Source: an uncultured delta proteobacterium (GTDB lineage: Bacteria > Desulfobacterota > Binatia > Binatales > Binataceae). From it: a stretch of DNA of 64,000 bases. Numbering within the stretch: the first letter of the stretch is position 1; every line of letters starts with the position of its first letter. Shown one piece after another: positions 1 to 9,656 of this stretch. The notes under the pieces were generated by a model, which ran no database searches, was not told where the DNA came from, and saw only the letters and a list, made by a program, of their open reading frames with translations. The stretch covers positions 2,025-66,024 of the forward strand of contig CAVVGR010000007.1 of assembly GCA_963747845.1 (NCBI GenBank), written 5' to 3'. Position numbers and translations under genes: made by a program.

Positions 1-1312
1 ACCGACGACACCGTCTTGCGCGCGTTCGCCCGCTACACGTTCGCCGACGTCGGCCTGCCGGAATTTTCGAATGAAGATCCGGGCGCGCCGCTGGATCCAA
101 CTGCGCATCAACGAACCGAATTCATGCTGTACAAGGGCGAGGTCGATAGTCATCTCACGGACAAGCTGCTGGTGCAGGTGGTTCGGATCATTTGTGCGCG
201 ACGAGGTGCGCATCAACAAGGACCCGAGTCCCGGTCTGACGAACGGTGAATCAGACGACATCCCGGATGAGATTTGGGGTACCAACATGGAGGCGGTGTA
301 TACCTGGTGCCGCGGGTTCGACACGGTTGCGGGCTTCGACTTCAAGTACCGATGGGGACGGGACGGCGACGATTCCACTTTCCCGCCTTCTGGGGGCTTT
401 CCAGCATCTACATCGATTACCGTATTTACCGAGGACCGCGAAGAATACGCGGGCTACCTGCAACAGCAGGGGCGGTTCTTCGACGGTCACCTGCTCGTCA
501 CGGGAGGGTTTAGAGTTGACGGCAATAGTCAATTCGGCAAGGAGGTCAGCCCGGCCTGGTCGGTGGCGCTGCCGTTTGACGAGTACGGAGTCACGCTGCG
601 CGGCAGCTACAGCGAAGGCTTCCAGGCGCCGACTTTCGACGAGTTGTACTTTCCTGGCTTTGGCAATCCGGATCTGAAAGCGACGACCTCGAGCGAATAC
701 GACGGCGGAATCGAAAAACGCTTCGGCGAATTCGCGTCGATCACGACGACGTATTTCTCCCGCCGCATACACGACCTCGTCGTCGACGAGTCGTGCAAAC
801 CCGGTTCATCCCCGGGCTGCGAATTCGGCTTCCAGCCGGAGAATGTCGGCCGCGCGGACATGCAAGGGGTTGAGGTCGTGCCTGCCATCTATCCATTGAA
901 GGGACTGTCGCTCAGCGGGAGCTTCACGGCGCTCGACTCGACTCATCGCCCGCTGATCGCGGGTCTGCAGCCGGTGCGGGTGCCGAAACATTCGGCCGAG
1001 GCGGTCGCTCAATACAAAACGCAGGATATTTTCACACGCGGCGACCAGTTCATCTCCGCCTTGTCCTATCAATTCGTCGGCGATCGCGAGGACCTTCAAA
1101 CCCAGTCGCCATTTGACGACGAGAACCATGGTAGCTATCAGCTCTTCAACCTGACGCTGTCATACCAACTCGGCGACGGCTTCGTGCCCTACTTGAAACA
1201 TGAAGAAGCTTTCGTGCGAATTCAGAATCTGTTCGACCGCCACTACTCGCAGGATTTCGGCTTTCCCGCGCCGCCGATCAACTACGAAGCCGGGATAAAG
1301 CTGGGGCTCTGA
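1..1312 (+). CDS. TonB-dependent outer-membrane receptor, C-terminal part (5' end off window; frame change near 180)
   Basis: ORF 71-1312 ends ...RIQNLFDRHYSQDFGFPAPPINYEAGIKLGL, which looks like the terminal beta-strands of TonB-dependent receptors. Earlier strands (TEFMLYKGEVDSHLTDKLLVQV) lie in frame 1 (1 to ~180), so the barrel is split by a 1-nt frame change near 178-183. Confidence 0.75.
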   Translation, partial: PTTPSCARSPATRSPTSACRNFRMKIRARRWIQLRINEPNSCCTRARSIVISRTSCWCRWFGSFVRDEVRINKDPSPGLTNGESDDIPDEIWGTNMEAVYTWCRGFDTVAGFDFKYRWGRDGDDSTFPPSGGFPASTSITVFTEDREEYAGYLQQQGRFFDGHLLVTGGFRVDGNSQFGKEVSPAWSVALPFDEYGVTLRGSYSEGFQAPTFDELYFPGFGNPDLKATTSSEYDGGIEKRFGEFASITTTYFSRRIHDLVVDESCKPGSSPGCEFGFQPENVGRADMQGVEVVPAIYPLKGLSLSGSFTALDSTHRPLIAGLQPVRVPKHSAEAVAQYKTQDIFTRGDQFISALSYQFVGDREDLQTQSPFDDENHGSYQLFNLTLSYQLGDGFVPYLKHEEAFVRIQNLFDRHYSQDFGFPAPPINYEAGIKLGL

Positions 1313-1344
1313 CGCCGCTATCTGGCAACGCGGAGGCATTCGAC

Positions 1345-2346
1345 TCAATGCAACGCTAATCCGATCAGCGCCTCGAATTTGGTTTTGTTTCCGGCGATCG
1401 TTGCGATTGGCTCGACGTCGCCATCGCTGCCTTTCGCGTAGCGGTAGATCGCGGGAGTGTCTCGATCGGCCACGAAGATATCGCCGCTCGGTTCCGCGAT
1501 CGCGATGCCGAAGGGGTCCGTCAGGCCGGTATCAGGGCCTGCTATCTCTGCGATCGGCGCAACATTGCCGGAGGCGCCGGCCGCGAATTCCAACACCGCG
1601 ACGGTAGAGACATCGGTGACGAAGATATCTCCCAGCGAATCCAGCGCCACGCCCACAGGACGGCCAAAACCAGTCAGGTCTCCGGAGATCGTCACGATCG
1701 GAGCGACATCGCCGTTTGCACCCGCCGCAAATTCCTCGACTGCCTGCGTGGAATCTCCGGTAGGCACCCATATGTCGTCGCTGCTGTCGAGTGCGATCCC
1801 ATGCAGATCGCCGAGCCCGGTGTTCCCTCCCTGAATCACGGCCACCGGCGCAATATCGCCCTTGCTATGGGCCGCGAAGACCCTGATCGAATCGTCTCCA
1901 TTGTTGGCGACAAAGATCTTACCCGTCGCATCGACCGCGACCCCGTTCGGGACGCTGAGTCCGGTAGCAGCACCGGCGAGGGTGCTGCTGGGCTTCAGGT
2001 TACCGCTTGCACCGCCGTTGTATTCGGTGATGGTGTCGGCAACGAAATTGGGCGACCAGATCTTGCCCTGCGAGTCCACGAAGATTTGCTCCGGCTCGTC
2101 AAGCCCGGTCTTTTTGCCCTTGATGGTTTTTTTCGGAGCCACGTCGCCGCTGCTTTTGATCGGAAAACGCTTTATCGAAAGAGTGTGTTCGTCGGAGACG
2201 AAAATCGATTTTTGAGGACCCGCGTATGCAGACGGTCCGGGTAGCATCAACGCCGCGACCGCCGCAGCCGCCGTCGCCACGCGCCAGCCACGCCTCAGCC
2301 CCTCGATTTGATCTGTGCTGACTCGCATGCGGCCGAATCCTGTCAA
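1345..2346 (-). CDS. secreted six-bladed beta-propeller (NHL-like) repeat protein
   Basis: Signal peptide (AAAVAALMLPGPSAYAG), then six blades each closing with a G-[DN]-[VIL]-x-P-x-x-x-[IL]-x-G motif: SSGDVAPKKTIKG, ASGNLKPSSTLAG, SKGDIAPVAVIQG, ANGDVAPIVTISG, ASGNVAPIAEIAG, SDGDVEPIATIAG. Confidence 0.7.
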   Translation of the reverse strand: MTGFGRMRVSTDQIEGLRRGWRVATAAAAVAALMLPGPSAYAGPQKSIFVSDEHTLSIKRFPIKSSGDVAPKKTIKGKKTGLDEPEQIFVDSQGKIWSPNFVADTITEYNGGASGNLKPSSTLAGAATGLSVPNGVAVDATGKIFVANNGDDSIRVFAAHSKGDIAPVAVIQGGNTGLGDLHGIALDSSDDIWVPTGDSTQAVEEFAAGANGDVAPIVTISGDLTGFGRPVGVALDSLGDIFVTDVSTVAVLEFAAGASGNVAPIAEIAGPDTGLTDPFGIAIAEPSGDIFVADRDTPAIYRYAKGSDGDVEPIATIAGNKTKFEALIGLALH

Positions 2347-2449
2347 ATTTGCTCCTGATCAGCAAACTCAAGATTGCGCAATGCGGTAGAACGGGCTTGT
2401 CTTTTCGTGGGCCACAAGTATCGTCAATGCCACGCGACTGTATCGGACG

Positions 2450-4354
2450 TTGGCGCCGGTCCGGTCGTGCCCCGCGCGGTCCACGCACTCGATGCTGTTC
2501 GCAAAATCAATCCGTCGCTGCGCCGTTGTTCTTGCGATCGTCGTGCTGCTTGCGAGCGGTTGTGCGACTCCCGTCGGCGTTTCGCGCCTGAACGAGCAGG
2601 CGGCGCATCGCGAGCTTAACGCGAACGTCCTGTCGACCGGCGAGCTGAGCGCCTACTCGACGCAAATCCTCGAACGCGCCGCGCTCAGCCAGCGGTTTCA
2701 GTATGAACCGCAAGTCGTGATCGCCGAATTGAATTCGGGGCTCGGCAAACCGGATGAACGCGATCGCCTGTTCGCATTGTCTGAACTGTGTTTCGCGTAC
2801 GCGCAAAATTCGGGAGATCGACCGTATTACCTGGCCTCCGCGGCTTACGCTTATGCCTTTCTGTTTCCGTCAAATGCGGCGGACGAGCCCGGCGAATACG
2901 ATCCGCGCCTGCATCTGGCGGTTGATCTGTACGATCGTGCCATCGCGCTCGGTCTCGCGACCAAGGATGGGAAGCAGGTCGACCTCAGCGCGCGGCAATT
3001 CAGTTTGCCGTTTGGTTCGCTCACGCTGGCGTCCCCGCCGGACGGATTCACCTACGCCGGCTATCATCTGACAAATTTCGTGTCGTTGTCGGATCTGAAG
3101 GTGCGCGGGCTGCGCAACACTTACCGCGTAGCTGGTATCGGCGCAGCGCTTTCCGCGGGAGTCGAGCGGTCGCCTGGCAACCCTGCAAGCCGATGGATAC
3201 CGCCCAGTTCGAAAGTGCCGATGACGGCGTTCGTACGTTTCGACGATCCCCGCCTCGCGATGAGCGATGGGCGGCTGCATGGCACGGTCGAACTGTACGA
3301 CCAGGATCGCAGCGAGACGATAGAAATCGGCAAGTACACGGTGCCGCTCGCGGCGGATCCCAGCGCCGCGCTCGCCTATCGGCTCGAGGGCGCGCCGATT
3401 TGGGATTTCGAGCTGGCGGGATTTCGGCGCGGCGACCTTCCGCTGGTCGCCAAAGGCAATGCCGGCGACCTCAACGGGCTCTTCATGCTGCATCCTTATC
3501 ATCCCAACATGATTCCCGTCGTGTTCGTTCATGGGACCGCGTCGAGTCCCGCCCGCTGGGCCGAGATGGCCAACGAGCTGCTCGGCGATCCGGCGATCGC
3601 CTCGCGCTACCAGCTGTGGTTCTTCATCTACAACAGCGGCAATCCGATCGTATTGTCGGCGATGCGGCTGCGCGAATCGCTGCAGTCGGCAAAAAAAGAC
3701 ATCGATCCCGACAACAAGGATCCCGCGCTCAACAACATGGTCGTGATCGGTCACAGCCAGGGCGGGCTGCTGACCAAGATGACGGTGGTCGATAGCGGCA
3801 ACCTGTTCTGGCAGAACGTAACCAAGGTTCCTTTCGACCAGGCGCCGCTCGATCCCGAGACTCGCGATCTGGCCGCGCGCGCGATGTTCGTCAAGCCGCT
3901 GCCGTTTGTGAAAGAAGTGATTTTCATCGCGACACCGCATCGCGGCAGCTACATGGCGAGCAATCCGATCGTCAAGTTCGGCAACAAGTTCATCAATCTA
4001 CCGGGCGGTCTCGCCAAATCTGCGATTCAGCTTGGAAATCTTCGTGAGCCGAGCTTGCTCGGAACTCCGTTCACTCTTCCGACCGCGCTCGACAACATGG
4101 ACGCGTCGAATCCCTTCATCAAGACGCTGGCGGCGTTGCCGATCGCGCCCGGCGTCCACGCGCATTCGATCATTGCGGTGAAAGGGACGGGGCCGGTCGA
4201 GGAGGGCAACGACGGCGTCGTCGAGTACAAGAGCGCGCATATCGACGGCGTCGAATCCGAGCTGGTCGTGCGTTCGGGACACTCGACCCAGGCGACGCCC
4301 GAGACGATCGAGGAGGTTCGCCGCATCCTCTACGAGCACGCCGGGATCCACTGA
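2450..4354 (+). CDS. alpha/beta-hydrolase (lipase/esterase-like) lipoprotein
   Basis: Likely start is ATG 2492 (MLFAKSIRRCAVVLAIVVLLASGC, a lipoprotein signal with lipobox Cys). Has a VFVHGTASSP strand and a GHSQGG nucleophile elbow (G-x-S-x-G). Stop TGA 4352-4354 overlaps the next ATG (TGATG). Confidence 0.75.
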   Translation: MAPVRSCPARSTHSMLFAKSIRRCAVVLAIVVLLASGCATPVGVSRLNEQAAHRELNANVLSTGELSAYSTQILERAALSQRFQYEPQVVIAELNSGLGKPDERDRLFALSELCFAYAQNSGDRPYYLASAAYAYAFLFPSNAADEPGEYDPRLHLAVDLYDRAIALGLATKDGKQVDLSARQFSLPFGSLTLASPPDGFTYAGYHLTNFVSLSDLKVRGLRNTYRVAGIGAALSAGVERSPGNPASRWIPPSSKVPMTAFVRFDDPRLAMSDGRLHGTVELYDQDRSETIEIGKYTVPLAADPSAALAYRLEGAPIWDFELAGFRRGDLPLVAKGNAGDLNGLFMLHPYHPNMIPVVFVHGTASSPARWAEMANELLGDPAIASRYQLWFFIYNSGNPIVLSAMRLRESLQSAKKDIDPDNKDPALNNMVVIGHSQGGLLTKMTVVDSGNLFWQNVTKVPFDQAPLDPETRDLAARAMFVKPLPFVKEVIFIATPHRGSYMASNPIVKFGNKFINLPGGLAKSAIQLGNLREPSLLGTPFTLPTALDNMDASNPFIKTLAALPIAPGVHAHSIIAVKGTGPVEEGNDGVVEYKSAHIDGVESELVVRSGHSTQATPETIEEVRRILYEHAGIH

Positions 4355-5386
4355 TGGTTCGGCGCGCAGCTCGGATCGTCGCGACGCTGATACTGTCGCT
4401 GATCGTCATTACCGCTGTCGCGTGGGCCGCGATGGCGCTGTGGTTCGACGGACCTCATTCGCGCGTGCTTGCGGGCATGCTCGCCGGAGCACTGGTTCTC
4501 ACGAGCGTTGTCCTGGCGGCGCTCGTTCGACCGTTGTTGAGAGGACTGGTAGTTGCGCTGATGCCCGTGGTGCTGGTCGCGCTCTGGTGGACAGCAATTC
4601 CGCCGAGCAATACGCGCAACTGGACGCCCGACGTCGCGCGCACGGCGCGGGCTTCCTTTGATGGCAGCCGCGTCACGATCCAGAACGTACGAAATTTCAC
4701 CTATCGATCCGAAACCGACTACGACCAGCGCTGGGAGACGCGGACTTACGATCTCGACCAGGTCAAGGGCGTGGACCTGTTCATGTCGTTTTGGGGTCCG
4801 ACGGAAATCGCGCACACGATCGTGAGCTGGGAGTTCGCCGACGGCCAGCATCTTGCCATCTCGATCGAGACGCGCAAGGAGCAGGGCGAATCATACTCGG
4901 CGCTGCGCGGCTTCTTCCGCCAGTACGAGCTCTATTATGTGGTTGCCGACGAGCGCGACCTGGTCGGCCTGCGCACGAACTACCGCGGCGAGCAGGTTTA
5001 CCTGTATCGTATCCAGATGCCCGCGGCGCAGGCGCGCGCGCTGCTGGTCGACTACCTCGACGAGGTCAATCAGCTCGCCGACCATCCGCGAGTGGTACAA
5101 CGCGCTGACGCAGAACTGCACGACAACCATTCGCGGCCATGCGCAAAACATCGGCGCCGGCGGCCGGCTCGATTGGCGGCTGCTCGCCAACGGCCACCTC
5201 GATCAACTGCTCTACGAGCGCGGTCAGATCGACACGGATGTGCCATTCGAGGAGCTGCGGGTGCGCAGCGACATCACGGAAAAAGCGAAAGCTGCCGACG
5301 ACTCGCCTGACTTTTCCGCCTTGATCCGCCAAAGCCTGCCGGCAGCGCGTGGTGGCGACACTCAGAAGTTAAATTCGGCTCAATAG
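4354..5386 (+). CDS. DUF4105 / Lnb-family membrane protein (frame change near 5087)
   Basis: N-terminal TM helices followed by a DUF4105-type domain. Residues 1-245 are in frame 1 (ORF 4354-5310). The conserved block EWYNALTQNCTT and the C-terminus are in frame 2 (ORF 4853-5386). The junction is ...NQLADHP|REWYNAL. Merged length is 1 mod 3. Confidence 0.7.
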
Positions 5387-5497
5387 AACGACTACGGCAC
5401 ATTTCAGTCTCGTTTTATTGCGTGAAAACAGCTTGCCGCTTAGGCTGGTAATGCTGGGCCATAGCCAGCACATCGAGAGTCGGCAAGGAGTTTAGGA

Positions 5498-6910
5498 ATG
5501 AGTTGGGAGAGATACGGATCGTTCGTTCGAATCTTCGTGGGCGTTGTTGTCTTTCTGGGGATGGTACTCGTGGCAGGCTGTTCAAAAGGGACAGTAATCA
5601 AGTTCGCCCAGGAGGACGCGGCGAACTCCGTCTCCCCGGTGGGTGATGCCATCTCGAATCCGGAGAAAAAGAAAGGTTCGAAGGTGCCCGTTGCTGGCGA
5701 CGTTATCCTCGCGGGAGGTGCCAGCGGCACAAAATCCTCGCCCAAGGCGGAGTTCTACACACCCTCGACCAAGAAATGGACCGCAACCGGATCGCTCACC
5801 ACGGATCGGATGGTGGGTTGCGGAGTGATTTTGGCGGACGGGACTTTCATCGACGCGGGCGGTGCTTCGGTTTCCAGCAAGACCAAGAACGAGCTCGTCT
5901 TGACCATCACGCCGCATAGTTCGGTGGATGAATACAACCTGAGCAACGGAACGTTCAGCTCGGCGGGCTCGATGACGACGCCACGGGCCGGATGCACCGC
6001 GACGCTCTTGAATGACGGCACCGTCCTGATTGCCGGGGGACTGGATTCCAGCGGCAATCCGCTCAATACCGCGGAGGTCTACGATCCGACCGGCGGGAGC
6101 TTCACCGCGACCACCGGCGATATGAACAGCCCGCGCGCGTTTCATACTGCGACTCTGCTGACGAGCGGGCCGCTGGCCGGTGACGTACTTGTCGCCGGCG
6201 GCCTGGCCAACAATATGTCCGGCTCGAGCAGTTTAGGCGACACTCTCGACACGGCAGACATCTATGATCCGTCGAGCAAGACCTTTACGCCGACGCTGAA
6301 CACGATGACTGACTTTCGCGCGTTCCATACGGCGACGCTTCTGTCAGATGGCACGGTCCTGCTGACCGGCGGCGACAACCAGGGGAATGGAGGTCCGGTG
6401 TTTTTCGCAAGCCAGACGGCAGAGCTGTTCGATCCCGCTACGGACGAGTTTTCCGCGGTGGGTCAGTTGGGCGAGCCGCTCATGATGCACAGCGCAACGC
6501 TGCTGCCCGATGGCACCGTGTTGATCGCCGGAGGCTTCGACATGGAGCAGGCGCTTTTCAGTGACTCCGGGGCGCTGACAGCGTTTTTCGGCACAACCGC
6601 GCAGGGGGCGGAAATCTACACGCCGAGCAGCAAAACCTTCGCATGCATCGGCGGGACAATCACCGTTAAGTCGACCCAGCAAACGGTTTGCGCGACCAGG
6701 ATGAAGAGTGCGCATGCCGGGCATGCCGCGGTGCTGCTCGACGACGGCGCGGTGCTGATTGCCGGCGGCTTCGGCGGATCCAAGGACACGAGCGAGATCA
6801 AGGGAACCAACAAGGTCGCGGAAATCTACGATCCAACCCATCAGACTTTCACCAAGGTAGGTTCGATGCCGACGGGCCTGGCCCTCGCGACCGCGGTTTC
6901 GGTGCAATAG
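5498..6910 (+). CDS. Kelch-repeat lipoprotein
   Basis: Lipobox (MVLVAGCSKG). Recurring blades carry PRA(G/F)(C/H)TATLL.DGTVL(I/L)(A/T)GG and AE(V/I/L)(Y/F)DP motifs typical of Kelch / galactose-oxidase-type propellers. Confidence 0.75.
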   Translation: MSWERYGSFVRIFVGVVVFLGMVLVAGCSKGTVIKFAQEDAANSVSPVGDAISNPEKKKGSKVPVAGDVILAGGASGTKSSPKAEFYTPSTKKWTATGSLTTDRMVGCGVILADGTFIDAGGASVSSKTKNELVLTITPHSSVDEYNLSNGTFSSAGSMTTPRAGCTATLLNDGTVLIAGGLDSSGNPLNTAEVYDPTGGSFTATTGDMNSPRAFHTATLLTSGPLAGDVLVAGGLANNMSGSSSLGDTLDTADIYDPSSKTFTPTLNTMTDFRAFHTATLLSDGTVLLTGGDNQGNGGPVFFASQTAELFDPATDEFSAVGQLGEPLMMHSATLLPDGTVLIAGGFDMEQALFSDSGALTAFFGTTAQGAEIYTPSSKTFACIGGTITVKSTQQTVCATRMKSAHAGHAAVLLDDGAVLIAGGFGGSKDTSEIKGTNKVAEIYDPTHQTFTKVGSMPTGLALATAVSVQ

Positions 6911-7059
6911 TCCAAATAGAAAAGCCTGCTGAACTCGTTTGCGGCTGTCAGTCCTCGCGCGCATCTCAATCTGCGCATTGGACTAAGGTACAGTTTCGTT
7001 CTAGGTTTTCTTTCGATAATTAATCACGTCGAATCGAAACCAGATCTGGAGCTTAACCG

Positions 7060-7878
7060 ATGGCAAGCAGATTCCTCACCTTCAGTTTCGTGGCGGCGAT
7101 GGTTGCACTACTTGGGTCGAGTCCTGTTATCGCCGCTGACAGCCCGTCTCCTGCCAGCGCGGCCACTCCTGCAGGCCGTCAGGCGCCTGTTCCGCCTCCA
7201 CCCGCACTTGATCCTCGCGCCCAGCAGCTATTGCAGAGCGCGTGCGAGAACCTGGCATCCAGCAAGGCTTTCACTTTTCATGTCGAGATAACCTTCGACC
7301 AGGTGCTGCCGTCGAATGTGAAGCTTCAATTTGCCGCCGCCGCAGACTATGCGGTTCAGCGGCCCGATCAGTTAGCAGTTGATTTTCACAGCGACCTCGG
7401 CGCCAAAAAGATCTGGTACTCAGGCGACAAGATTACGATGTTCGATCCGCCGCACATGGTTTATGCCAGCACCGAGGTGCCGGATTCGATCGACGGGATG
7501 ATGGAGCAGCTCGAGACGGTTAACAACCTGTCCATCCCGCTTGCGGATCTCGCGTATAGCCATCCGTGCGATATGTTCCGCAACGGGATCGTCTACTCGG
7601 CCTACGTCGGCGTCAACGATGTGAACGGCGAAGATTGCGACCACCTCGCTTTTGCCAAAAAACAGGTGGACTGGCAGATCTGGCTGCAGCGCAGCGGAAA
7701 ACATCTGCCGCGCAAGATTGTCATCAACTACAGAACTGCGCCCGGTTCACCCGAGTATGCCGGAGTGTTATCTGATTGGAAGTTCCCGGCGAGCATTCCG
7801 GCGAGTGTTTTTCAGCCCGTCGTGCCCAAGGGCGCTGTGCGAATCGACTTCAAGAAGGTGAAGGAGCCGAAGCCATGA
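7060..7878 (+). CDS. DUF2092 (LolA-like fold) periplasmic protein
   Basis: Signal peptide (VALLGSSPVIAADS). The central region AFTFHVEITFDQVLPSNVKLQFAAAADYAVQRPDQLAVDF...IWYSGDKITMFDP...IPLADLAY matches my recollection of the DUF2092 family. Stop overlaps the next ATG (ATGA at 7875-7878). Confidence 0.6.
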   Translation: MASRFLTFSFVAAMVALLGSSPVIAADSPSPASAATPAGRQAPVPPPPALDPRAQQLLQSACENLASSKAFTFHVEITFDQVLPSNVKLQFAAAADYAVQRPDQLAVDFHSDLGAKKIWYSGDKITMFDPPHMVYASTEVPDSIDGMMEQLETVNNLSIPLADLAYSHPCDMFRNGIVYSAYVGVNDVNGEDCDHLAFAKKQVDWQIWLQRSGKHLPRKIVINYRTAPGSPEYAGVLSDWKFPASIPASVFQPVVPKGAVRIDFKKVKEPKP

Positions 7879-8889
7879 AGAAAATATCAAATCCTTCTTC
7901 TCGCGGCAGAGTAGCTTCTGGTATCGCGGTCATCATCGTCGCAGTTGCACTGCTGACGTCATCGCAAGCGCTCGCCAGATGGGGCGGCGGCGGTGGCGGG
8001 TTTGGTGGCCGGGGCGGATTCGGTGGAGGTGGAGGCGGTGGCTGGGGTCATGGCGGTGGTTTCGGTGGAGGAGGCGGCGGCTGGGGTCATGGCGGTGGTG
8101 GCGGCTTTGGCGGCGACGGCTTTGGTGGCGGTAACGTCAATCACGCCAACAGCTATTCCGGTGGTTCTTCGCAATACGGCCACTCACAGTCGGCGAACTC
8201 CTGGGGAAATACCAGTTCGACCCAGAAGCAGGCAGACTACAACACCTACAACGCGAATCAGCAGGCGGACAAGCAGGCGCAATACAACGAGGTGAACACT
8301 CTTCAGACCAACAACGAAACGACCGAAAAGAAGATGAACACCGAGAACGACAACACGATCGACACCGTGAACCAGAACAACTCCAACAACTACTATGGAG
8401 GCGGTGGCGGCAATCCTTATTACTGTTGCGGTGGCGGAGGCGGATACAGCGGGGGCGACGTTGCCGGCGCGGCAGCACTTGGTGCTGTAGGGGGCATGGC
8501 GGTCGGCATGATGGCTGGCTCTGCGATGTCTCAGCCGGCGTCGTCCACGACGATCATCAACAATCCAGCGCCGGCTCCGTACTATGGCGCGCCTGCACCG
8601 GCGATATGTTCCTCCGATAGGTTCGACGGTATCGTATCTGCCGCCGGGCGCGACCTTGAGCTCTGCCTATGGCGCGAACTTCTACTATCTGAACGGGACC
8701 TTCTACCAGGCTACTGGCAACGGCTATCAGGTCATCGCTCCGCCGATAGGTGCCGATGTCTATACGCTGCCGGTTGGCGCATACCCCACGACGATCAACG
8801 GGAGCACTTACTACGTCTACGGAACGACTTACTACAAGCCGTATTTCTACGGCAGCCAGGTAGCCTACACGGTAACCCAAGTAGGTTAG
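7875..8889 (+). CDS. secreted Gly/Asn/Gln-rich low-complexity protein with Tyr-rich C-terminal domain (frame change near 8604)
   Basis: MKKISNPSS...signal...ARWGGGGGGFGGRGGFGGGGGGGWGHGGGFGG..., then an N/Q/T-rich stretch, a Gly/Ala/Met hydrophobic patch and a Pro-rich stretch. The C-terminus YVPPIGSTVSYLPPG...YYVYGTTYYKPYFYGSQVAYTVTQVG is in the next frame (ORF 8584-8889). Merged length is 1 mod 3. Confidence 0.6.
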
Positions 8890-8922
8890 TGAGGTTTACG
8901 CGAAGCGCGGGACTCGGCGTCG

Positions 8923-9291
8923 ATGGCGGCTAAAAGCTCGATGCCGGTAAAGTCGAACGACCGCCACGAGAAACTGTTGCCGTTTCGGCTGTTCCTGTGG
9001 CGCGTGCTGCGATGGGCCACGGCGGCCGTCGTCCTCGTTATCGTCTCGCTGTCCGCCGGTATCTGCGGCTACCACTATATCGGCGGCCTGCCATGGATCG
9101 ATTCGCTGCTCAACGCGTCGATGATCCTCGGCGGCATGGGCCCGGTCGATCCGATCAAGAGCACCGCCGGCAAAATCTTCGCGTCAATCTACGCGCTCTA
9201 CAGCGGCCTCGCGCTCATCGCGATCGTCGGCATTCTGATCGCGCCGATCCTGCACCGCGTGCTGCACATATTTCACATCGCGAAGGATTAA
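8923..9291 (+). CDS. small 2-TM membrane protein with K-channel-pore-like topology
   Basis: Layout is TM1 (AAVVLVIVSLSAGICGYHYI), a short helix (WIDSLLNASMIL), then GGMGPVDP, then GKIFASIYALYSGLALIAIVGILIAP. This resembles TM1 / pore helix / filter / TM2 of 2-TM channels, but TVGYGD is replaced by LGGMGP. Confidence 0.45.
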   Translation: MAAKSSMPVKSNDRHEKLLPFRLFLWRVLRWATAAVVLVIVSLSAGICGYHYIGGLPWIDSLLNASMILGGMGPVDPIKSTAGKIFASIYALYSGLALIAIVGILIAPILHRVLHIFHIAKD

Positions 9292-9656
9292 TACGGCGCG
9301 GTGCCCGGCGACTTGACCGCTTTTTCGGCGTCGCTCAGCGGGAAATCCTCGCCCTTTTGCATCTTGGCGAGCAGCGCATTGATCTCGTCGATTTTCTTAT
9401 CGTAGCCGGCCTGTGTCAGCGGCTCCTGCGACCATCCGGCGCGCGCGATCTTGTCGTGCTTCTTGGCGGCCTTAAGTTTTTTCACGAGGGCCGCTTTGTC
9501 GTCAGCAGACAGTGTCGACACCATCTGCGGAGCAGCCTCCGGTGCTGGCGCCATGGCTCCCGGAGCGGGCTGCGCAAATGACACCCCTTGATTCAGCGGT
9601 GCATTCACGCCGGCCAACGCAATTAACGCTACGATCGCGGTCTTCCGCATGCCCAT
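9288..9656 (-). CDS. small secreted hypothetical protein
   Basis: Internal start MGMRKTAIVALIALAGVNAP (signal peptide) in ORF 9288-9719, followed by a Lys/Ala-rich helical region. Its stop and that of the convergent gene share the palindrome TTAA at 9288-9291. Confidence 0.45.
   Translation of the reverse strand: MGMRKTAIVALIALAGVNAPLNQGVSFAQPAPGAMAPAPEAAPQMVSTLSADDKAALVKKLKAAKKHDKIARAGWSQEPLTQAGYDKKIDEINALLAKMQKGEDFPLSDAEKAVKSPGTAPY

Noticed and set aside
2870-3940. Long antisense ORFs opposite well-supported genes. Examples: 2870-3940(-), 14424-15350(+), 20368-21561(-), 22827-23861(+), 25358-26266(+), 40921-41976(+), 43323-44744(+), 49016-50152(+), 51729-53063(-), 53884-55224(-), 55194-56918(-), 61662-62915(-).
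   Set aside because: They are Arg/Ala/Gly/Pro-rich with no motifs, and each lies fully inside a gene with strong family signatures on the other strand. Such open shadow frames are expected in GC-rich DNA.
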